Positions 16,513-24,000 of a stretch of DNA of 24,000 nucleotides are shown one piece after another. How positions within the stretch are numbered: the stretch's first letter is position 1; every line of letters starts with the position of its first letter. The stretch comes from an uncultured Actinomycetes bacterium (GTDB taxonomy: Bacteria; Actinomycetota; Actinomycetes; S36-B12; CAIYMF01). The notes beneath the pieces were generated by a model that was not told the origin of the DNA, searched no databases, and saw nothing but the letters and a program-made list of their open reading frames with translations. The translations under genes were made by a program, and so were the position numbers. The stretch lies in assembly GCA_963793175.1 (NCBI GenBank), contig CAWBYT010000013.1:1-24000 (forward strand), written 5' to 3'.

Positions 16513-18079
16513 CTACCCATCTTCGGCCGCTGGGTCCCCATCGGCGACCGGCGGTCCCAGCAGGCCGTGCTCCATGGCGAACAGCGCGGCGGCAGCCCGG
16601 GACGTCGAACCGATCTTGAGGTAGACGGCCTGCACGTGATGCTCGGCTGTGCGGCTGGAGATCACCAGCTGACGCGCGATGTCGGCGTTCGATTTCCCGG
16701 CGGCCACCAGGCGAAGGACCTCGAGCTGGCGCTCAGTGAGGCCCGCCGGTCGCACGCGCCGCATCCGGGCGGGCCGACCGGAGACGACGAGGACCGCTGC
16801 GACCGCATCTCCGTCCAGACGGCCGCTTCGGGCGTCCTCCCTGAGCGCCCGGCCGGCCGCCTCGACGCTGAGGGCAGCCCGGTGCGGCCTGGCCTCCAGG
16901 AGCGTTCGGTATCGATCCGCGGCAGCCAGGACGCGGGCGGGCATCGACAGCTGGGCCCCGCGCAGACCCCTGTGGTATCCGCTGCCATCAAGCCGTTCGT
17001 GGTGCCGCCCGACCAGGGCGGCGACCGATCCAAGCTCCGGCACTCGGGACAGGACCTGTTCGGAGTGGTAGGCGTGCAGCTCGACCTGCGACCGCTCGGT
17101 CATGCTAAGCCTGCCGGGCTTGTCCCAGGTCCGGCTGGGTATCCCCACCCGACCGACATCGTGCAGGTGTCCGGCCAGCGTGAGGACGTCCCCCTCGAGG
17201 TCGAGGGCCTTGCCTGCCGCGCCGGCCAGCCCGGCGACCCCCGCCGAGTGTCCCTGCAGCCAAGGGCTCTTGAGGTCGACCACGTCGCCGAAGGTCCGGG
17301 CAACCCCTGCGATGGACCCTGCATCGATCAACCGTCCGGGGGCTGGCTCCGCATCGAGAACCTCGGCATAGGCGTCCGCCTCCTCGATGCCGACCAGCAC
17401 GTCCGAGGAGACCGCGCCGACCAAGGCTCGGGTCGAGCTCAGCATCGGACCGGCGGAGCAACTCGGCCCGCGCTGCCGCCGGACCGGCGTGCAGATGGAA
17501 GAGCACGGAAACCGAGGCCACGTGCATCAGCCTGGTCGTCAACGGGATGTCCGCACCCCGTACCGGTGGGAAGCCGCCACCGTCCCACCGCGCCGTGGCG
17601 TGGTACAGAGCATCCTGGACCTGCTCGGGCAACCCGAGCCGCCGGGACGCATCGCGAGCGACCTCACACGTGGCGCGCGGCGCCATCGCCTCGATCCTCC
17701 GCCCACCGGTCAGAGCTGAGGCCATGACCCGCATCCTCGGCCTGCCCGTGGCCGCCGCGAGCCCCGGCGCGAAGGCTCCCCACACGGACCGTAGATCAGC
17801 AGGATCTGCCAGGAAGGACCACCGGATCGCGGCGACATCGTCGCCGTAGACCTGGGCCAGCTCGTGGGAAGCCGCCGTACAGCCCAGATGCTGCAGCAGC
17901 GAGGCGTAGATCACCGCCGAGATGTCCTCGTCCGAGCACCCCAGCCTTCGCGCGAGCCGAGCTGCCACCAGCGCCCGCCGCAGCGATTCCTCCAGCGGGG
18001 CGCCCACTCCCATGTCCAGGGAGACGGACAGCCCGCCCAGCAGTCCGAGGAGGCGGAACACGAAGCCACGGTGACACAC
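16513..18079 (-). pseudogene. Tandem HD / HD-GYP-like domains fused to a LuxR-type HTH; one frame change.
   Basis: Domain 1 is degenerate (LLQHLGC ... HATARWDGGGFP). Domain 2 has HLHDVGRVGIP and HHERLDGSGYHRG. The C-terminal LuxR HTH is LTERQLEVLRLVAAGKSNADIARQLVISSRTAEHHVQAVYLKIG. ORFs 17105..18079 and 16513..17445 join near 17424. Confidence 0.75.
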
Positions 18080-18152
18080 CCCAGTGCGCGATCCAAGGGC
18101 CGTGGAGGGGGACGGGGTTGCGGCCGTTCGACCGGTGCGCTGTCATGGAGCG

Positions 18153-19235
18153 ATGCGCGCGCCGCCCCTGCTCTGGGCCTGCGGCTTGGCGGCGCTCCTG
18201 TGCGGGTGTACCGGAACGACCCCGACCCCGGACCCCGCGGGAAGTCCTACCCAGTCGGTCGCCGCGACCGCCACTGCCAGCGCACCGGCCGAGTCACCGC
18301 CCCCTATGACGAGAGAACCCCATCCCACCGGGAGGCAGACCACGCCTTCGCCGAATGCGACAGCCCCGAATGCGACGGCCCCGGACTCGCCCGCCTCGGA
18401 TCCGACGGCCCCGGCCGAGCCACCGACCTTCGACGCAGCCGCCGCGTTCGAAGTCGTCGAGCAGCTCGCCGATGGCATCGGGCCACGGGAGGCCACGTCG
18501 GACAACTACCGGGAGGCGGCCGATCTCGTCGCCGCTCGGTTCCGGGATCTCGGGTTTCGAGGTGGACCGACAGAGCCTCGAGGTTCCCGCGGGCAGCTCC
18601 TGGGGGGTGCCGGTCCCCGCCGGCAGGACGCAGAACGTCGTCGCCACACAGCCTGGCTTCCGGCCGGACCGCCCGCACCGGCTGATCGGGGCGCACCTCG
18701 ACACGGTGCCGCAGGCCCCCGGGCGCGGAGGACAACGGATCCGGCATCGGTGTCCTGCTGGAACTCGCCCGGATCGCGTCCGAGCAGCCGCCCGAGGTCC
18801 CCGTTGTCCTCGTCGCGTTCGGCGCCGAGGAGCCCCGGGGGAGCGGCGACGCGCGGCACCACTACGGGTCGCGCCACATGGTCGACGAGATGTCCGAGCG
18901 CCGGCAGCGAGGCGATGCTCGGGATGCTGGCACTGGACCGGGTCGGGGTTCCGGCTCGGCGCGTCCCGGTGTGCTACGGCGGACTGGGGTCGGACCGAGG
19001 TCCGCGAGCAGCTGGTTGCTGCCGCGCGAGCGCGAGGACATCCCGACCCGGCGCTGCGAGAACCGCACAAGCGACCACTGGTCGTTCGAGAAGGCCGGCG
19101 TGCCGGCGGCCCGGCTCGGCGGCATCGCCGTACTCCGCCTACCACTCCCGCGCCGATGTGCCGCGCGTTGTCGACCGCGACCAGCTCGACGAGGTCGGGA
19201 GGATCGCCGCCGCGTGGATGCTCAGCCCTGGGTAG
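18153..19235 (+). pseudogene. M28-family peptidase lipoprotein, about 7 frame changes.
   Basis: Lipoprotein signal MRAPPLLWACGLAALLCGC, then a Pro/Thr/Ala linker. M28 motifs are spread over three frames: NVVATQPG ... LIGAHLDTVPQAPGAEDNGSGIGVLLELAR ... VVLVAFGAEEPRG ... HHYGSRHMV ... MLALDRVG ... SDHWSFEKAGVPAARLGG ... YHSRADVP ... LDEVGRIAAAWML. Confidence 0.7.
18351..18380 (+). repeat. 15-nt tandem duplication inside the M28 linker.
   Basis: ccgaatgcgacagcc (18351-18365) and ccgaatgcgacggcc (18366-18380) encode PNATA-PNATA. Confidence 0.9.
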
Positions 19236-19307
19236 CCGGCTGCGACCCACGCGGACCGTCGGATCGGCATCCAGCGCTGATCCATGACACAAGGCGCTCG
19301 CGCCTGG

Positions 19308-20271
19308 TCAGCCCTCGTCGAAGGGGGCGTCGCTGGTGTCCCGGAAAGGCTCGAGCACCGCGGCAGCGCGCTTGCCGCGCACCACCCGCGGGGCGAAGTC
19401 GCGCGCCGATGACGTAGGGCACGAACTCGACGGCCTTCAGGTCGCCGTCCCAGGTCACGGCCTCCAGGAACACCCCCTCCTGGGTGCGCCGCATGAAGTC
19501 CATGTCGAAGACGAAGTTGCCCAGCGAGTGGACGATCATGCGTGCCCTCGGCCGGATCGACCACCTCGACGCCCTGCACCCAGTGCGGGTGCCCGCCGAC
19601 GACCAGGTCGGCGCCTGCCTCGACCATCGCCCGGCCGACCCTGCGCTGGCTGGCCTCCGGCGTGTGGGTGTACTGCGTCCCCCAGTGGGTCACGACGACC
19701 AGCAGGTCGACCTCCGGACGCAGCCTCTCGATGTCGCGCTGCACGCGCGCGCAGGGCGGCGCGATCCAGCGGCCCGGTCCGCGGGCGGCATGTCGATCCG
19801 GTTCGTCCCGGCGCGCCGGCGACCGGCTGCCGGGGACTCGCCGATGGAGTCGGTCGCCAGCACGCCGACCCGGACCCCGTCGACCTCGACGATCGCCGGC
19901 CGCCGCGCCTCGGCCAGCGTGCGCCCGGCTCCGACCGGCTGGATGCCCATGTCGCGCACGGCGCCGACGGTCTGTACCAGCGCTCGCGACCCCCAGTCGC
20001 CGACGTGGTTGTTCGCCAGCGACAGCACGTCGACGCCGGCCAGGTCGCAGCCCTGCGACGACGCGCGCGGTCGGCCGCGAACGAGTCGCCGCCCTGGGTG
20101 GGGCTGCCGTCCCGCGACAGCGTCGCCTCGAAGTTCGCGATCGTGACGTCCGCGCGCGGCCAGTCGCTCGGCCGTCGGGCGCAGCGGCGCGGCGAAGTCC
20201 CCCTCGGCCGCCATCGCCGCCCCGACACGCCGCCCCAGCATCACGTCCCCCACGACGGTCACGGTGACCAC
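19308..20271 (-). pseudogene. CapA-family (poly-gamma-glutamate capsule synthesis type metallophosphatase) protein, about 6 frame changes.
   Basis: Pieces: VTVTVVGDVMLGRRV, ADVTIANFEATLS, GVDVLSLANNHVGDWG, GIQPVGAGRTLAEARRPAIVEVDGVRVGVLA, LLVVVTHWGTQYTHTPEASQRRVGRAMVEAGADLVVGGHPHWVQGVE, MIVHSLGNFVFDM and the tail DFAPRVVRGKRAAAVLEPFRDTSDAPFDEG with a stop at 19308-19310. They lie in ORFs 19690..20271, 19536..20228, 19139..19744 and 19222..19539. Confidence 0.7.
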
Positions 20272-20813
20272 TCGGCCGGCTGGCTCCCCGGGGTGGTCAG
20301 CCGGTAGGAATCGGGGTCGCGCAACGGGTTCCTGCCGCCGACCGGAAGAACCCGCACGAGGGGGGTCGCGGCACCTGCCGGAACGAGGCCGAGCAGGTCA
20401 GGGTCGGCCGCCACTGCAGCCACCACGGCCGCGTCGGACGACAGGGAGGCGCCGGGTCCGGGAGCCGTCGGGCCGGCCAGCACTCGCAGCTCGCCGGGGT
20501 CCTGGTCGAGCTGAGCCCAGTCGTCGATGTCGCCGGCGACCAGCGCGCGCGCCGTCCGCAGCGGGACATCGCGCGCCGGGCGCGATCGATGGACGACCAG
20601 CGCCAGCGGGGCCGTCGGAGCAGGCGACGTGCTCAGGCCGGGGACGTCGGGGGACGCGGATGGGCCCGGGGAGGGGACCGCCTGTGACTCGGCTGGCGTC
20701 ATCGCGCTTGCAGAGACTCCCTCCTCGGCGGAGTCCTCAGGACCGGTGCATGCCGCTACCACGAGGCTCGTGGAGACGAGCAGGGCCGCGAGGACGCGCG
20801 TCGAAGGGCGCAT
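20259..20813 (-). CDS. Lipoprotein, probably the N-terminal domain of the CapA-family protein.
   Basis: ATG 20813, signal MRPSTRVLAALLVSTSLVVAAC, Pro/Ser-rich linker, then LALVVHRSRPARDVPLRTARALVAGDIDDWAQLDQDPGELRVL. It ends 13 nt inside the CapA ORF and one frame off, so this is either a gene overlap or one more frameshift in a fused gene. Confidence 0.6.
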   Translation of the reverse strand: MRPSTRVLAALLVSTSLVVAACTGPEDSAEEGVSASAMTPAESQAVPSPGPSASPDVPGLSTSPAPTAPLALVVHRSRPARDVPLRTARALVAGDIDDWAQLDQDPGELRVLAGPTAPGPGASLSSDAAVVAAVAADPDLLGLVPAGAATPLVRVLPVGGRNPLRDPDSYRLTTPGSQPAEWSP

Positions 20814-20908
20814 GATCGATGGTAGTTCCGGCCCGACGGTCAGCGTCCAATGACGTTCCTCCGCACCCGCTCAAGCGGTAGGCCACAGCCGCAGCTCTGA
20901 CCTGAGCG

Positions 20909-21946
20909 TCACCATCCGCCGTCGTGCTCCTCATCCCTCCAGTCGTCCCGGTCGGAGCCCCGCGAGTCCCGGCACGAGCCATCGACCCGCAGGATCTCGT
21001 AGGTGGCGTCCGCCGGTTCTGTCCCGAATCGAGCATTCACCGCGTAGAGCGCGCACCCGTACTCGGCGATGGTCGTCGGCACCGCGAAGCCGCTCTCCGT
21101 GAGCTCCTCCACCAACCGCGCCGAGTGCAGCCCGCGCGACAGCTTCAGGACTGCGATCTTGTTCTCGGTGTTGCGTACGACATCCAGCTCACGCCCGCGC
21201 AGCAGGATGCCGTCGCCACGGGTCAGGTCGGCGGATGTGCGCACGACGCGGGCGCGGGCGTGGCCGTGGCCGGACCGGGCATGGACCCGATACAGCTTGC
21301 CGGAAGTCGTGTTGATGACGAGCAAGGTCTCGCCGTCAGGAGTCGCAGCAATGCCGTTGGCATTGAATCCCGGAACCTGCTCCCAATCGCCGGTCAGGGT
21401 GACCGCTTCCGGTACACCCCAAGGCCGGCCGTCCTTCAGCGCCAGTCGATACAGGACCGCCCGGGACGACTCGGTGAACCAGGCCGCTTGCTGCGTCACG
21501 ACCACGTCGTTCACGAACGTCGTCGGAAGAGTCCCGACAACGTGCGAGACCACCAGTTCACCGGTTCTGGCGTCATAGACCCGGACCGTCCCCGTCCGCC
21601 CTCCAGCTACGAAAAGCAGCCCCTCGTGGTATTTCAGGCCCACCGACGCATTGCCGGGGGACCCTGGCACCAGGACCGATCCCTCGGCCGTGCGCAGGTC
21701 GCCACGCCAGATCGCGCCATCGGCCAGCGAGCCGGAATAGACCGTGGATCCTCGGCCGGTGGCGATGCCCTCCGCCTGCCACAGCGGCGGCAGCTGGATC
21801 ACCTCGGGGAGCGGCCCGCGGCCGTCATGACCATCGTGTCGATCGGACGAGTCGTGCGCCGCGACGGGGGTCGCGACACTGAAGACGCACACCGCGACCA
21901 GCGCGAGCGTGGACCGGACGAGGGAGGATCGTGCGAGGCTGGTCAT
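20909..21946 (-). CDS. Secreted beta-propeller protein (SMP-30/gluconolactonase/LRE-like or NHL-like).
   Basis: Intact 345-aa ORF from ATG 21946. Signal MTSLARSSLVRSTLALVAVCVFSVATPVAA. Repeated strand-rich blades follow (GIATGRGSTVYSGSLADGAIWRGDL, LLFVAGGRTGTVRVYD, ANGIAATPDGETLLVINTTSGKLYRV). The upstream part of ORF 20909..22375 is Arg/Pro-rich and not coding-like. Confidence 0.7.
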   Translation of the reverse strand: MTSLARSSLVRSTLALVAVCVFSVATPVAAHDSSDRHDGHDGRGPLPEVIQLPPLWQAEGIATGRGSTVYSGSLADGAIWRGDLRTAEGSVLVPGSPGNASVGLKYHEGLLFVAGGRTGTVRVYDARTGELVVSHVVGTLPTTFVNDVVVTQQAAWFTESSRAVLYRLALKDGRPWGVPEAVTLTGDWEQVPGFNANGIAATPDGETLLVINTTSGKLYRVHARSGHGHARARVVRTSADLTRGDGILLRGRELDVVRNTENKIAVLKLSRGLHSARLVEELTESGFAVPTTIAEYGCALYAVNARFGTEPADATYEILRVDGSCRDSRGSDRDDWRDEEHDGGW

Positions 21947-22068
21947 GGCAAGAGAGCCTAGGAGGGCCCCGGCGGCTGGACAAGCCCCCAGGAGGGGTTG
22001 CGATCGACAACCCACCTCCGGTGGTCGCGGGGAGCCTCGCCCGGCGTCCCCCGGCCACGCGATGGCAG

Positions 22069-22755
22069 TCAGTCCGAGGAGGGCAGCTGGTCGAGGATCG
22101 CGCGACTGAGCTCCGCCGGTCGGCGGATCCGGCGCAGCGCGACAGGCTCCGAGGGGGCCTCCTTCGGCAGGAGCTCGACCGTCCCGAAGTCGAACCAGAT
22201 GCCGAGAAGTGGCTGGTCGACGCCCACGTCCCCGACCGACTCCAGCCAGACCCACGCGACTGCATGAGGGCTGCCCTCGCCGGCCATGCTGGCCCGCGAC
22301 GCGAGCGGCGAGGTCTGCGCGACTTGCTGCAGGGTCAGCACCCGCCGGTTGGTCACGAAGCAGTCGGACAGCCATCGCTCGGTGAAGGACTGGACCAGGA
22401 GAGTGGCGCCGAAGGAGATGGCCAGCAGCGCAGTGATTCGCAACAGGATGTCCACTCCGCCCGGCACGTGCAGCTCGGCGCCCGTCAGGACGAGGGCAGC
22501 GCGCGTGGCCAGCGGCCCGGCGGTGAGTGCCACCACGCCCACGACGACGAGCAGGGTCCCGGTCCGGTTCGTGAGCACCGGGGCGATCCAGCTGGTCTTC
22601 GTCGCATAGACCACCTGCTCATCGCTCTCGAGCAGGTCGTCGATCGGGGTCATCGGTTCCGGACCCAACGCCGTCCGGGCGTCCCCGCTGCCGATGCTGG
22701 GCAGCTCGAGCTGTGCACGGGCGGACCTCTCGTCGGGCGTCTCCACATCGATCAT
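22069..22755 (-). CDS. Membrane protein with a bacterial PH (YdbS/YdbT-like) domain.
   Basis: Intact 228-aa ORF. Two TM segments (GTLLVVVGVVALTAGPLA, ILLRITALLAISFGATLLV) are followed by FVTNRRVLTLQQ ... LLGIWFDFGTVELL ... LRRIRRPAELSRAI. Confidence 0.65.
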   Translation of the reverse strand: MIDVETPDERSARAQLELPSIGSGDARTALGPEPMTPIDDLLESDEQVVYATKTSWIAPVLTNRTGTLLVVVGVVALTAGPLATRAALVLTGAELHVPGGVDILLRITALLAISFGATLLVQSFTERWLSDCFVTNRRVLTLQQVAQTSPLASRASMAGEGSPHAVAWVWLESVGDVGVDQPLLGIWFDFGTVELLPKEAPSEPVALRRIRRPAELSRAILDQLPSSD

Positions 22756-22859
22756 CGGCCATCGTGGTCGCCCATGCCCGGCATGCCCTCACCGCATCAC
22801 CCCACCGGAGCACCCGGGCCGTCCTGCTGTCGTGAGCGTACGGCCCGCCCACCGACAAC

Positions 22860-23246
22860 TCAGACGCCGGCCGTCTCGGGTTGTGACGTTGCGACCGCCC
22901 AGTTCGTCGCTCCGTACCAGTCGACCACCACGACGGGCTCGTCGCCCTCGACCCAGGCGTCGTGCCCCTCGGGAAGGCTGGTGATGTCGCCGGGACCGGC
23001 GACGAACTCCGTGCCGTCGTCCATGCGGATCCCGAGCCGTCCCTGGACGTGGTACTGGAAGTGCGGTGCCAGGCAGGAGTCTGTGCCCGCGATCGGCTTG
23101 ACGTCATTCGACCACCGCCAGCCGGGTTCGAGGACCAAGCGCCCGATGGTGCTGTCGCCGACGGTCAGGATCTCGGCTCGTCCGTGCTCGAACGTACGGA
23201 TCTCGGTGGGCTGTGCGAACGTGACGTGCTCCACTGTCTGATGCAT
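22860..23246 (-). CDS. Cupin domain protein.
   Basis: Intact 128-aa ORF with a small beta-barrel-like sequence (GRLVLEPGWRWS ... HFQYHVQGRLGIRMDDGTEFVAGPGDITSLPEGHDAWVEGDEPVVVV). Divergent from a TetR gene. Confidence 0.8.
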   Translation of the reverse strand: MHQTVEHVTFAQPTEIRTFEHGRAEILTVGDSTIGRLVLEPGWRWSNDVKPIAGTDSCLAPHFQYHVQGRLGIRMDDGTEFVAGPGDITSLPEGHDAWVEGDEPVVVVDWYGATNWAVATSQPETAGV

Positions 23247-23266
23247 GTCGATCTCCTCGGTGATGG

Positions 23267-23313
23267 TCTACCTACTAGTAGACAGGTAGATCATCTACCA
23301 ACTAGATGGTAGA
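23267..23313. promoter_or_regulatory. Operator-like array of four TCTACC/GGTAGA hexamers in alternating orientation, plus a perfect 10-bp palindrome, in the cupin/TetR divergent promoter region.
   Basis: TCTACC at 23267-72 and 23294-99; GGTAGA at 23285-90 and 23308-13. CTACTAGTAG is a perfect palindrome at 23272-81. GGTAGAT-c-ATCTACC spans 23285-99. The region is markedly AT-richer than its surroundings. Confidence 0.55.
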
Positions 23314-23321
23314 GTCAAGGG

Positions 23322-23975
23322 GTGGCGAGCACGAGAACAGTCGATGAGAACGCGACGCTGAGCAGATCCGAGCCTGCGCGGACGTCCGACCGCATCCTGG
23401 ACACGGCCGAGGAGCTCGTCCAGACGCGGGGCCTCAATGCGATGAGCTACGCCGACATCTCCGAGCGCGTCGGCATCACCAAGGCGTCGCTGCACTACCA
23501 CTTCCCGTCGAAGGCGGATCTCGTCCGGGCACTGGTCGAGCGTTATGCGACGCGGTTCTTCGCAGTCCTGGCCGAGTTGGAGGCGTCCGGTGCGGATCCA
23601 GCAGAACTCGTGCGCGGCTATGCCGACATCTATGCAGGTGTGCTCGCGCGTGGGCGAATGTGCCTCTGCGGAATGCTTGCGTCGGACTACGCGACGCTGC
23701 CCACCGAGGCGCAGGACGACGTGGCTGCCTTCTTCGCGCGCAACGAGCAATGGCTCGAGGGGGTCATCCGCGAAGGGATCGCGTCTGGAAGGCTGACCGA
23801 CACGGCATCGCCGCTCGATGCTGCCCGTGCCCTATTGGCCGGGCTGGAGGGGGCGATGCTCGTCTCCCGGCCCTTCGAGGGGACCGCCCGCTTCGATGCG
23901 ATCGCCGCCGCGCTGCTGGCTGGTCTGGGCGTGCCCGCAGATCAGAGCACGACGGGCACCGTGGCGGCAGGGTGA
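23322..23975 (+). CDS. TetR/AcrR family transcriptional regulator.
   Basis: Intact 217-aa ORF with a GTG start at 23322. HTH region: ILDTAEELVQTRGLNAMSYADISERVGITKASLHYHFPSKADLV. Confidence 0.9.
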   Translation: MASTRTVDENATLSRSEPARTSDRILDTAEELVQTRGLNAMSYADISERVGITKASLHYHFPSKADLVRALVERYATRFFAVLAELEASGADPAELVRGYADIYAGVLARGRMCLCGMLASDYATLPTEAQDDVAAFFARNEQWLEGVIREGIASGRLTDTASPLDAARALLAGLEGAMLVSRPFEGTARFDAIAAALLAGLGVPADQSTTGTVAAG

Positions 23976-24000
23976 GCAGCTCCCCTGGTGCTGCCGGGGT

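Noticed and set aside
21991-22019. Imperfect hairpin GGAGGGGTTG-cgatcga-CAACCCacCCTCC between the PH-domain gene stop and the beta-propeller gene start.
   Set aside because: The stem is bulged and no T-run follows on the transcribed (minus) strand. It may be a weak terminator, but this is not supportable as a feature.
1-24000. Programmed ribosomal frameshifting or other recoding as an explanation for the split genes.
   Set aside because: There are far too many sites, with both directions of shift. I saw no slippery heptamers or downstream structures at the junctions I resolved. The pattern fits simple indels.
1-24000. Mobile element, prophage or genomic island.
   Set aside because: I found no integrase, transposase, recombinase, terminal inverted repeats, flanking tRNA or phage structural genes.

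Overview
Very GC-rich, actinobacteria-like chromosomal segment with about 24 protein-coding loci. I saw no rRNA, tRNA, CRISPR array, transposase or integrase. Left to right: an S8 subtilase fragment; a membrane-anchored Ala-Pro-linker protein; a UvrA-family 3' fragment; a TasA/camelysin-like gene coupled to a SipW-type signal peptidase; an alpha/beta hydrolase with a divergent TetR; a 2-TM coiled-coil protein divergent from a large SF2 helicase that carries a hydrophobic Gly/Ala-rich insert; a Maa-like acetyltransferase coupled to a molybdopterin oxidoreductase; an AlkZ/YcaQ-like winged-helix protein; a DHFR-family protein; a YtfJ/GerW-like protein; an MFS transporter; a tandem HD-GYP/LuxR regulator; an M28 lipoprotein peptidase; a CapA-family lipoprotein; a secreted beta-propeller; a PH-domain membrane protein; and a cupin with a divergent TetR and a dense operator-like repeat array. 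The most striking property is that many genes can only be read by hopping between frames. By manual stitching I need roughly 40-45 frame changes. These cluster in exported-protein genes and the helicase, while about 7 kb of interleaved genes is intact. This could be an assembly artefact or real pseudogenisation, and I cannot decide which from the sequence alone. The candidates most worth follow-up are the TasA-like/SipW cassette and the helicase with its divergent membrane partner. All domain calls rest on motif recognition by eye, not on database searches.
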